In this document: positions 1-8,070 of the stretch, piece after piece | Numbering within the stretch: position 1 is the first letter of the stretch | Layout: every line of letters begins with the position of its first letter | From: Sulfurimonadaceae bacterium | Lineage (GTDB): Bacteria > Campylobacterota > Campylobacteria > Campylobacterales > Sulfurimonadaceae | Assembly: GCA_041562555.1 (NCBI GenBank) | Contig: JBFEXS010000076.1 | Location: 1-10,777, forward strand | DNA: 10,777 bases | Direction of reading: 5' to 3' | The notes under the pieces: generated by a model | The model's input: only the letters and a program-made list of their open reading frames with translations | The model's database searches: none | What the model was told of the DNA's origin: nothing | Position numbers and translations under genes: made by a program

Positions 1-285
1 ACCATAATAGGGGAAATGTGTAAGCATATTGTCAGATCCGTCAATAGGGTCCAAGACGATTGTTGCCTCTCCCTCTCCTATGAACCCTGACTCTTCCGAG
101 TTGATTTTTCCAAACCTTCCCAGACGTTTTATGAAGATCTCTTCCGCCTTGAGATCAAGACCGACACCTATGTCACCGCCTACACTTTGATAGGAGGGTT
201 GATAAAGGCTCTCATCCTTGTTCGTCTCAAGCATCATCACAACCTCCTGGGAGGCTTTAATAGTCTCGCGGATAAAATCCTGCAT
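1..285 (-). CDS. Inositol monophosphatase / FBPase (FIG superfamily) protein, N-terminal 95 aa, truncated by window edge
   Basis: Hand translation from ATG at 285: MQDFIRETIKASQEVVMMLETNKDESLYQPSYQSVGGDIGVGLDLKAEEIFIKRLGRFGKINSEESGFIGEGEATIVLDPIDGSDNMLTHFPYYG, with no stop to base 1. Contains D-x-x-AE, SEESG and the metal-binding DPIDGSxN motif. The ATG overlaps the gltD stop (TAATG). Confidence 0.92.
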   Translation of the reverse strand, partial: MQDFIRETIKASQEVVMMLETNKDESLYQPSYQSVGGDIGVGLDLKAEEIFIKRLGRFGKINSEESGFIGEGEATIVLDPIDGSDNMLTHFPYYG

Positions 286-1664
286 TATTTAAATGATTTG
301 ATTATTGCGCGTGCTGCTTCACGGCCATCATAAGCTGCACGGACAACCAAGTCTGCACCACGATAACAATCCCCACCGGCGAATACGCCCGAAGTGGTCG
401 TCTCAAAGTTTTCATTGACGATAATACCGCCCCAATCATTGGTCTCGATACCGTTTGCCGCCAGATATGAAGGATTAACCGGATCAAATCCCAGTGACAT
501 GATGATTACATCTGCATCTACTTTGAACTCGCTTCCTTTTTGCTCTTCCATACGGGCACGGCCGGACTCATCTTTTTGACCAAGCGCTGTTTTGATCATC
601 TCTATTCCGACGACCTCACCTTTTTCATTCGTAAGGATTTTTTTCGGAGCAGCATACCATGTAAAGTCTACACCCTCTTCTTTGGCGTTTTTATACTCTT
701 TTTGACTTCCTGGCATATTGTGTGAATCACGACGATACAGACAAGTGACGGACTTCGCACCCTCACGTTTTGCTGTTCTTACACAGTCCATAGCGGTATC
801 ACCACCACCGACTACGACGACTTTTTTATCTTTAAAGTCCATCGCTTTGTCATATTTCTCACCAAAGTTCTTAGACTGGATAGCCGTCAGGTATTGCATC
901 GCAGGATAAACACCTGTCGCATTCTCATTCTCTAAACCTGCTGTCTTCGCCTTCGTCGCACCGATACCGATAAAGATCGCATCATGATTCGATGCAAGTT
1001 CATCAAAAGAGATATCCTTACCGACTTCACAATTAAGGGTAAGGTTCAGTCCTGCTTCGAGCAGTCCTTTTACGCGACGCTCGACTACCTTCTTGTCCAG
1101 TTTGAAACCCGGGATACCATAGGTCAATAGTCCACCGGCACGATCTGCTTTTTCATACATATCGACAGCGATACCCGCGCGTAGTAAATACGTCGCTACG
1201 GAAAGACCCGCAGGACCTGAACCGATAACCGCTACTTTTTTATCCGATGTGATGCCCGGGAATTCAGGTTTAAGACCCGTTTTGAATCCCTCTTCATTGA
1301 TATACGTCTCGATAGAACCGATCGTGATCGCTCCGTGCCCGTCGTTCAATGTACAATCACCCTCACACAGACGATCATGCGGACAGATACGTCCCATAAC
1401 CTCAGGGAATGGAGAAGGCTCATTTGAAAGTTTGAATGCGAACTCAAGATCCTGTTCTGCAATCGCCTTCAGCCATTGTGGAATATAATTGTGCAAAGGA
1501 CATTTGTTAAGACAAAATGGGTCACCACACTGGATACAGCGGTCACTTTGGGATGCTGCTTCCTTCGTTTCAAAAAATTCATAAATCTCACCGAAATCTT
1601 TAACACGCTCTACTACAAGACGTTTTTCAGGCTCGATTCTCTGTGTATCAAGAAATTCTCTCAT
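285..1664 (-). CDS. gltD: Glutamate synthase (NADPH) small/beta subunit
   Basis: 459 aa. Fe-S motifs RCIQCGDPFCLNKCP and GRICPHDRLCEGDC, FAD motif VIGSGPAG, GGLLTYGIPGFKL, NADPH motif GGGDTAMDC, C-terminal GVFAGGD. AGGAG SD lies inside the last gltB codons, and the ATG is 1 nt after the gltB stop. Confidence 0.97.
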   Translation of the reverse strand: MREFLDTQRIEPEKRLVVERVKDFGEIYEFFETKEAASQSDRCIQCGDPFCLNKCPLHNYIPQWLKAIAEQDLEFAFKLSNEPSPFPEVMGRICPHDRLCEGDCTLNDGHGAITIGSIETYINEEGFKTGLKPEFPGITSDKKVAVIGSGPAGLSVATYLLRAGIAVDMYEKADRAGGLLTYGIPGFKLDKKVVERRVKGLLEAGLNLTLNCEVGKDISFDELASNHDAIFIGIGATKAKTAGLENENATGVYPAMQYLTAIQSKNFGEKYDKAMDFKDKKVVVVGGGDTAMDCVRTAKREGAKSVTCLYRRDSHNMPGSQKEYKNAKEEGVDFTWYAAPKKILTNEKGEVVGIEMIKTALGQKDESGRARMEEQKGSEFKVDADVIIMSLGFDPVNPSYLAANGIETNDWGGIIVNENFETTTSGVFAGGDCYRGADLVVRAAYDGREAARAIIKSFK

Positions 1665-1665
1665 C

Positions 1666-4600
1666 TTAATCTCCTTTCTCTAGGTTTAATGGCAATTTTT
1701 TCATATCTTTTGGACGTACAAGCCAAAAGTCTCTTATATCTGTACGGAAGTTATCCATAATCTCTTTCGCTTTTTCACTTCCCGTCTCATCATAATACTC
1801 TTTGAGTAAACGCTTGAGGAAATGACGTGCCTCATCACCCTCATCGGTATCGATACGCTCGATCTCGATCAATTCACGGTTAATATTCTCACCAAACTCA
1901 TGATGCTGATCATATACAAAAGCGATTCCGCCTGTCATACCTGCACCGAAGTTTATACCTGTCTGACCAAGGATTACGACGATACCACCGGTCATATATT
2001 CACAGGCATTATCTCCTGTTCCTTCCACGATAGCCAAGGCACCTGAGTTACGTACACCAAAGCGTTCGCCTGCTGCACCTGAAGCAAACAGTTTTCCTCC
2101 GGTCGCACCATACAGACAGGTATTCCCTGCTGCGGCAAAATCCGGTCCCTGTTTCTCAGGAGTGATAATGATCTTACCACCTAACATTCCCTTACCGATA
2201 TAGTCATTCGCAGCACCCTCAAGGTAGAGAGAAACACCATCGATCAAGAAAGCACCAAGAGATTGTCCGGCTACACCCGAAAGCCTGATCTTGATCGTAT
2301 CGTCTTCTAGCCCTTTATCTCCGTAATACTGAGCGATCTCGCCTGAGATACGTGCACCGAAACTACGGTTAAGATTACAGATATCACGTTTGACTGTCAC
2401 ACGTTGATCAGGATGCTTGATCGTATTCATCACCTCTTTGAGTACGTCTTTTTCAAAATCATTCGGATCAAACGGTTCATTTGATTCTACTTGACATGTA
2501 TTGACACCTTCACAGTGATACAGGACTTCAGAGAAGTCAAATTTCTTGGCAAACTCAGAATCGATCACAGATAATAAGTCTGAGCGGCCGATGATCTCCT
2601 CAAGGCTCTTATATCCCATACCTGCCAGAATGGCACGAATATCTTCTGCAAGAAGTGTAAAGTAATTGATAACGTGTTGTACTTTACCTTTATAGTGGTC
2701 TGCACGCAGTTTTTCATTTTGAGTCGCGATCCCCACTGAACAGCGGTTAACATGACAGATACGCAGCATCTTACATCCGACGATCGTCAATACACCCGTA
2801 CCGAAGGCATACGACTCTGCCCCAAGCAGAGCCGCTTTAATAACATCAAGACCTGTTTTAAGACCACCATCGGTCTGTACATGGACCTGTCCACGAAGGT
2901 TATTTACCTTAAGCGCATTATGTGCCTCTGAAAGACCAAGCTCCCATGGGTTACCCGCAAACTTGATAGATGTCAACGGAGCAGCACCGGTACCACCGTC
3001 ACCGCCTGAGATAATAATCTTATCCGCATACGCCTTCGCAACACCCGCAGCGATCGTACCAACACCTGCTGTTGATACCAGCTTGACAGTGATCGTTGCA
3101 TTTGGATTTACCTGCTTTAGATCATAAATCAGCTGGGCAAGATCCTCAATAGAGTAAATATCATGGTGTGGCGGAGGTGAAATCAACGTAACCCCTGCCA
3201 CCGTATGGCGTAAACGTGCGATCAATCCGGTAACCTTGTGACCAGGGAGTTGTCCACCCTCACCCGGCTTCGCACCCTGAGCAACCTTGATCTGGATCTC
3301 TTCTGCCGATCTTAAATATGCCGGAGTAACACCGAAACGGCCCGAAGCGACCTGCTTTATCTTTGAGTTTTTGATCGTTCCAAAACGTACCGCATCTTCT
3401 CCACCCTCACCAGAGTTTGACATACCGCCAATAGTGTTCATCGCTTCGGCAATACACTCGTGTGCTTCCGGAGAGATCGAACCTAAAGACATTGCAGCAG
3501 ATGCAAGACGTTTGAATATCTCTTCTTTTGGTTCTACTTCAGAGATGTCGATCGCCTTTTTATCCGACTTGATTTCTAAAAAGTCACGGATAAATCGCTG
3601 GCCACGTTCATTGACCAGTTTTTTAAGTGCTTCAAAATCTTCGCTTTTTCCGGATTCGACTACCTTGTGGATAGAATGGATGACCGCCGGTCCAAAATCA
3701 TGGAACTCGCCGCCGTTATAGAACTTGTAAAAACCGCCGACTGTCAGTGGGAAAATCGATTTAAAGCCATCCTCTTCAAAGGCTGCCTGATGCGCTTTTT
3801 CTACACGTTCTTGTATATCATCATATCCTAGTCCAGGAATCAATGACTGACCATCAGCAAAACACTCTTCACAGATCTCTCTCGAAAGTCCCAGGATATC
3901 AAACAAGCTCGAGTTTCTATATGATGCAATCGTCGCAATACCCATCTTTGACATGATCTTAAGCAGACCGCCGTTAAGCGCCGTATGTACCGATTTCAAT
4001 GCCTCATGACACGACATCGTCAAGCCCTTACTCTCTTCCAGTCTTGCCTGTGCTGTAGCAAAAAGAAGGTATGGAGATACCGCTGATGCACCAAAAGCTA
4101 TCATCGCAGCAGCCGAGTGTGAATCATATACTTCGCCCGTTTGTGCGATAATCGACACCAGGTGACGGTTCCCTTTTTTCAAAAGAGTCTGATTAAGACG
4201 TCCAATTGCCATCAACATAGGAATCGTTGCTTTCTCTTTCGAGAACTCTTCATCGGAAAGCACGACAATACGCACACCCTCTTCGTTCACAGATCGTGCG
4301 ATCTCCTCGACCAATGCCGTCAGAGCCTCACGCATATTCCCTGTAAATGCCGTTGAGAAGGTCTTATTTTTATAACACGACTGATAACGTGCATTACTCT
4401 CATCACCAAAAGAAAGCAGTACATTCAGCTTCTCTTTTGTAATGACCGGTGAGATCGCTTTCAAACGATGTGCATGAGAAGGCGCATCATCCAGGATATT
4501 GTGTACTTCACCAAACCCTGTATTCAATGACATAACCACTTTTTCACGAATCGGATCGATCGGCGGGTTTGTCACCTGTGCAAACTTCTGTTTGAAGAAA

Positions 4601-6096
4601 TCCGAAAACGTTCTCTGTTTTTCTGAGAAAGCTGCCATAGGGGTATCATCCCCCATAGAACCTACGGCTTCCTTACCGTCTTTCATCATCGGCTCGATGA
4701 CCTGCTCGATCACCTCATGGGTGATATTGTAAAAACGTTGGCGTGTCACAAGCTCTTCACGTTGATAATCACATGCTTTGACATATTGTTGATCTACATG
4801 CTCTTGAAGATACACCATGTTGTCGTTCAGCCATTGCATGTACGGGTTGGCACTCTTCAGGTAATCATTGATATCCTCATCTTTGAGGACTTTCCCATAT
4901 TTCAGGTCAAGCCCGATCATCTCACCCGATTGTAAGCGGTTACGCTCAAGGATGTTCTCCTCATCAATATCCAATACACCGTATTCGGAAGAGATAAGCA
5001 GCATGCCATCTTTGGTAACGATATACTTTGAAGGACGAAGACCATTTCTATCCAGGACACAACCGATATAACGTCCGTCAGTGATAGAGAAAGCCGCCGG
5101 ACCGTCCCATGCTTCAAATACTGTAGAGTTATATTCATAGAAAGCACGGAGCTCTGCATCCATATGCGGTGCATTTTGCCAAGGTGCGGGGATGACAGAA
5201 CGGGCTGCTTTAAAGAAATCTGTCCCGTTTACCAATAGAAACTCTAAAAAGTTATCCGCAGACGCTGAATCCGATGAACCTTCCTGAAGAATAGGCAGAA
5301 TACGCGCAATCTCTTCATCCGAGAAGACCTCTGATTTGATCGATTCCGATTTCACTTCCACATTGAAACGATTAGCCTCGACCGAGTTAATCTCACCATT
5401 GTGTGCCACTGTTCTAAAAGGTTGGGCAAGACGCCACTGAGGAAGTGTATTTGTCGAAAAACGCTGGTGAAACAGTGAAAACGAGATCTCAAAGTCTTCG
5501 TCTTGAAGGTCAAGATAGAACTGTTTGATCGTTGTCGGCATCACAAGACCCTTATAAGAGATCACACGTGATGACATAGAAGGAATATAAAAATTCGGGT
5601 CTTCAACAAGTGCGTGTTCCGTCTCTTTGCGCGAAAGGTATAGAAGAGCATCGAAACGCTTTGTCGAGATCAACGAGTTTGGTTTGATAAAGACCTGAAC
5701 GATATTTGGTAAAGAAGCCAATGCCTGTTCTCCCAAAGCATCTGTATCAATAGGAACAGTACGTCTCCAAAAGGCTTTTAGATCATTCTTTTCACACATC
5801 GCTTCAAGTACATCCAGATGCTTTAGATCTTTAGCAAAGACCATCGCAACGGCATACTGTACCGGAAGTGCCACATCTGCCTCTGCAGCCACCTTTTGTA
5901 TAAACTTCTCTGGCATAGACATCAACAGTCCGGAGCCATCCCCCGTCTTACCATCAGCAGCAACTGCACCACGGTGCATCATACGTTCAAGTGCTGTAAT
6001 AGCATTTTCTAAATAGTCATGTGAAGGGGTATTGTTGATACTTGCAACTAAACCAAATCCACAGTTATCTTTAAATGAAGTTAATCTTTTGTTCAA
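1666..6096 (-). CDS. gltB: Glutamate synthase large/alpha subunit; probable TTG start at 6096 (1476 aa) rather than ATG at 6165
   Basis: Ntn-amidotransferase N-terminus DN|CGFG (catalytic Cys codon 6061-6063), HRGA..DGKTGDG, HQRFSTNT, HNGEIN, AQVTNPPID, FMN-domain motifs SNSGEGGE, IKQVASGRFGV and QGAKPGEGGQLPG, 3Fe-4S motif CKMLRICHVNRC, and C-terminal GXGXG repeats. TTG at 6096 has an SD-like AAAGGT 6 nt upstream. ATG 6165 has no SD. Confidence 0.97.
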   Translation of the reverse strand: MNKRLTSFKDNCGFGLVASINNTPSHDYLENAITALERMMHRGAVAADGKTGDGSGLLMSMPEKFIQKVAAEADVALPVQYAVAMVFAKDLKHLDVLEAMCEKNDLKAFWRRTVPIDTDALGEQALASLPNIVQVFIKPNSLISTKRFDALLYLSRKETEHALVEDPNFYIPSMSSRVISYKGLVMPTTIKQFYLDLQDEDFEISFSLFHQRFSTNTLPQWRLAQPFRTVAHNGEINSVEANRFNVEVKSESIKSEVFSDEEIARILPILQEGSSDSASADNFLEFLLVNGTDFFKAARSVIPAPWQNAPHMDAELRAFYEYNSTVFEAWDGPAAFSITDGRYIGCVLDRNGLRPSKYIVTKDGMLLISSEYGVLDIDEENILERNRLQSGEMIGLDLKYGKVLKDEDINDYLKSANPYMQWLNDNMVYLQEHVDQQYVKACDYQREELVTRQRFYNITHEVIEQVIEPMMKDGKEAVGSMGDDTPMAAFSEKQRTFSDFFKQKFAQVTNPPIDPIREKVVMSLNTGFGEVHNILDDAPSHAHRLKAISPVITKEKLNVLLSFGDESNARYQSCYKNKTFSTAFTGNMREALTALVEEIARSVNEEGVRIVVLSDEEFSKEKATIPMLMAIGRLNQTLLKKGNRHLVSIIAQTGEVYDSHSAAAMIAFGASAVSPYLLFATAQARLEESKGLTMSCHEALKSVHTALNGGLLKIMSKMGIATIASYRNSSLFDILGLSREICEECFADGQSLIPGLGYDDIQERVEKAHQAAFEEDGFKSIFPLTVGGFYKFYNGGEFHDFGPAVIHSIHKVVESGKSEDFEALKKLVNERGQRFIRDFLEIKSDKKAIDISEVEPKEEIFKRLASAAMSLGSISPEAHECIAEAMNTIGGMSNSGEGGEDAVRFGTIKNSKIKQVASGRFGVTPAYLRSAEEIQIKVAQGAKPGEGGQLPGHKVTGLIARLRHTVAGVTLISPPPHHDIYSIEDLAQLIYDLKQVNPNATITVKLVSTAGVGTIAAGVAKAYADKIIISGGDGGTGAAPLTSIKFAGNPWELGLSEAHNALKVNNLRGQVHVQTDGGLKTGLDVIKAALLGAESYAFGTGVLTIVGCKMLRICHVNRCSVGIATQNEKLRADHYKGKVQHVINYFTLLAEDIRAILAGMGYKSLEEIIGRSDLLSVIDSEFAKKFDFSEVLYHCEGVNTCQVESNEPFDPNDFEKDVLKEVMNTIKHPDQRVTVKRDICNLNRSFGARISGEIAQYYGDKGLEDDTIKIRLSGVAGQSLGAFLIDGVSLYLEGAANDYIGKGMLGGKIIITPEKQGPDFAAAGNTCLYGATGGKLFASGAAGERFGVRNSGALAIVEGTGDNACEYMTGGIVVILGQTGINFGAGMTGGIAFVYDQHHEFGENINRELIEIERIDTDEGDEARHFLKRLLKEYYDETGSEKAKEIMDNFRTDIRDFWLVRPKDMKKLPLNLEKGD

Positions 6097-6126
6097 ATTA
6101 AGACCTTTCGCATAAATTTTGTAATT

Positions 6127-6161
6127 CTTAATAAAAATTAAGCAAGTTTTAAACAAACTTG
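6127..6161. repeat. Two abutting perfect inverted repeats in the gltB leader
   Basis: CTTAAT-AAAA-ATTAAG (6127-6142) directly followed by CAAGTTT-TAAAC-AAACTTG (6143-6161). The repeats are read directly; their function is unknown. Confidence 0.6.
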
Positions 6162-6186
6162 TCATATTTAAGAAAATTGGTAGTAC

Positions 6187-6192
6187 ATTTTA
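6187..6192 (-). promoter_or_regulatory. Putative housekeeping-sigma -10 box for gltB-gltD
   Basis: Minus strand TAAAAT preceded by periodic T-tracts (TTTAAATAAGTTTTAACCAGACTTTCTA). This would give a leader of about 85 nt. The region is AT-rich, so alternative boxes are possible. Confidence 0.45.
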
Positions 6193-6257
6193 TAGAAAGT
6201 CTGGTTAAAACTTATTTAAATAATAAGGGGTTAAGGAAAATTTCTAGGTTAGAGGTG

Positions 6258-6263
6258 TAGAAT
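6258..6263 (+). promoter_or_regulatory. Putative -10 box for recO
   Basis: TAGAAT ending 31 nt before the TTG start, with TTAAG at 6231-6235 in the upstream region, as in Campylobacterota promoters. Confidence 0.55.
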
Positions 6264-6294
6264 TCACTCAATTTAGACCATAAAGTGAGCTCAT

Positions 6295-6912
6295 TTGCAA
6301 GGATATATAATCAACGTCAATAAAGCACGTGACGAGGATGTTATCGTGACTATTTTAACGCATCATAGCTTATATACACTTTATCGTTTTTACGGCGCAA
6401 GACACGGACAGATCAATTTGGGATTTAAGATCGACTTTGAGTCCGAGGCCTCTGTAAAATCAAACATCTCCCGATTAAGGGATGTTATCCATCTTGGTTT
6501 TCCATGGATCATGGATCGAAGCCGTCTTTTCATATGGCAGCAATTTTGTGCACTGTTTCACAAACATCTGCAAGACTCCGAAGAGCTGGATCCCTTTTAT
6601 TTTGAGCTTCTTGAAGAAGCAGCCACTATCTGGCAGACTCAGAATCCAAAACGTATTGCTATAGAATCCTATGTCAGGCTTCTATCCTTTGAAGGACGGT
6701 TGCATGAAGAGATGCGCTGTTTCTTTTGTGAGATGCCCATTGTTGAAAACATCACCCTTATCCGGGCCTTTTTACCGGCACATGCAGAATGCATCCATGC
6801 CCTGCCTATTGATATTAACGCTATCAAAGAGCTCTTTAGCAGCGGCTCAAGCCTTTTTTTAAATGACAGAGAAGTCGATAGGATTTGGCATGTCTTGCTT
6901 GAAGGGTTTTAA
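6295..6912 (+). CDS. recO: Recombination mediator RecO (Campylobacterota type)
   Basis: 205 aa, TTG start. N-terminus MQGYI...DEDVIVTILT...YRFYGARH...GFKIDF resembles Campylobacter/Helicobacter RecO as I recall it. Also NPKR...ESY..LL.FEGRLH and a CxxC...HxxC putative Zn site. Confidence 0.9.
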   Translation: MQGYIINVNKARDEDVIVTILTHHSLYTLYRFYGARHGQINLGFKIDFESEASVKSNISRLRDVIHLGFPWIMDRSRLFIWQQFCALFHKHLQDSEELDPFYFELLEEAATIWQTQNPKRIAIESYVRLLSFEGRLHEEMRCFFCEMPIVENITLIRAFLPAHAECIHALPIDINAIKELFSSGSSLFLNDREVDRIWHVLLEGF

Positions 6913-8027
6913 GCGGGGTCCAGCGAGCGCAGTAGTTTCTCAACAACGTGAATGTTCTTAATTGTGAGGACAAAAGACTCATCCATAATACGAAGGACAT
7001 GAAAGACTTCAGTAACAGAAATACCGTAAGGGTCTTTCTTGACTACAGAGGCTTTTTTATCCTTGATCACGATATTATCCAGCTTTTTTCGGCTGTGTTG
7101 CATAAAGTAGGTCAACAGAAGTGCACCCGTATGGTCTTTTTCAATGGATACAACAACCTTCTCGGTCACATTGGGTACTTCCGGATAAAGTTTTTCAAAG
7201 TCTTCTTTATGCATATACCCCAAATAGACCTTTGTGAACAGGTCGATATAACGGGTACAGACCTCTGTCTTCAAAAAGCCCATATTCAAAACAGAATTCT
7301 TTTTGGCGCGAAGACGACGCAGCATCCAGCCTAAAGAGTTGTAATAACGGAACGGAAAGACATCCAGGACTTCGTCACCCACAAGGTTGTCAGCCTTGGG
7401 ACGGATAAAGGGTTTGCGTTTTCGTCGGTTCTTGTCTTTTAACCATGCATAGACATCATCTGCAACAAATGGTTTTGTGATCCACACCGAACAGTATGAA
7501 GGCAGCTGTTTACTTCCACTGACACCCTCATTCAAAATGATGAGTGCTTTGATCTCATGATCGGGAAAAAGCACCTCCAGCAATGCTTTTTTCTTTCGTA
7601 AACGGCGCTTAAGGTTGGTTACCGATTTGATCAGAGTCATCTCAATAAAATAGATCTCTTTTTCATTATAGATCAAACCGTCAAACTCATTGATCTCTAT
7701 CGAACGGGTTCGATAGATGATCTGACCTTTCTTATTGACATAAAGAGCATTAGATTGTGCCCCCGAAGGCTTTGCATGGGGACCTTTAAGTATAAACTGA
7801 CCTAACTGAGGGTTTTCCTTCATATAGATAAGAAGTTTTTCATACAGGTAATTTTCGTACACCGCTCCTTCGAATGAACGATAAGAGCTCAAATATTCAG
7901 GAGAATCTTTATCTACCCCTTTTTCATCAAGTTTGAGAAGATGCTTAATACTGTAGTCATAATAGAGAAGATTATCACCGATATCAGAGGTATCTAATGA
8001 GGCAATACTTTTGGGTTGTTTAAGAAT
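6909..8027 (-). CDS. Hypothetical protein with a degenerate PD-(D/E)XK (restriction-endonuclease-like) N-terminal domain; probable ATT start at 8027 (372 aa); ORF track start is TTG 7892 (327 aa)
   Basis: The frame is open upstream of 7892 up to a TGA at 8040-8042. AGGA (8034-8037) lies 6 nt before ATT (8025-8027). Motif pattern G-x-x-Y-E helix ... EFDG ... YFIEMT. The CDS is well supported; the start and fold are inferences. Confidence 0.7.
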   Translation of the reverse strand: MLKQPKSIASLDTSDIGDNLLYYDYSIKHLLKLDEKGVDKDSPEYLSSYRSFEGAVYENYLYEKLLIYMKENPQLGQFILKGPHAKPSGAQSNALYVNKKGQIIYRTRSIEINEFDGLIYNEKEIYFIEMTLIKSVTNLKRRLRKKKALLEVLFPDHEIKALIILNEGVSGSKQLPSYCSVWITKPFVADDVYAWLKDKNRRKRKPFIRPKADNLVGDEVLDVFPFRYYNSLGWMLRRLRAKKNSVLNMGFLKTEVCTRYIDLFTKVYLGYMHKEDFEKLYPEVPNVTEKVVVSIEKDHTGALLLTYFMQHSRKKLDNIVIKDKKASVVKKDPYGISVTEVFHVLRIMDESFVLTIKNIHVVEKLLRSLDPA

Positions 8028-8057
8028 TTTTCTTCCTGTTCATATTTTTTTGGTGTA

Positions 8058-8065
8058 AGTATAGC
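8058..8065 (-). promoter_or_regulatory. Putative internal extended -10 promoter for the nuclease-like gene
   Basis: Minus strand GC-TATACT (TATACT at 8058-8063) fits gnTAnAaT-type consensus with one mismatch. It lies just after the upstream stop and predicts a start near 8051, giving a leader of about 25 nt that contains the AGGA SD. Confidence 0.55.
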
Positions 8066-8070
8066 TAAGA

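Noticed and set aside
302..5174. Many short alternative-frame and antisense ORFs inside gltD and gltB (e.g. 3287..3721 +, 1476..1760 +)
   Set aside because: They are nested in or overlap conserved genes and have no recognisable motifs. These are typical shadow ORFs.
6138..6160. Possible sigma-54 promoter for gltB (TTGCT on the minus strand)
   Set aside because: The required GG at -24 is absent; the upstream sequence is AAGTTTGTTTAAAAC.
6097..6165. ORF-track N-terminal extension of GltB from ATG 6165
   Set aside because: It has no SD and reads through AT-rich palindromic leader sequence. TTG 6096 has a well-spaced SD. The mature enzyme begins at the same Cys either way.
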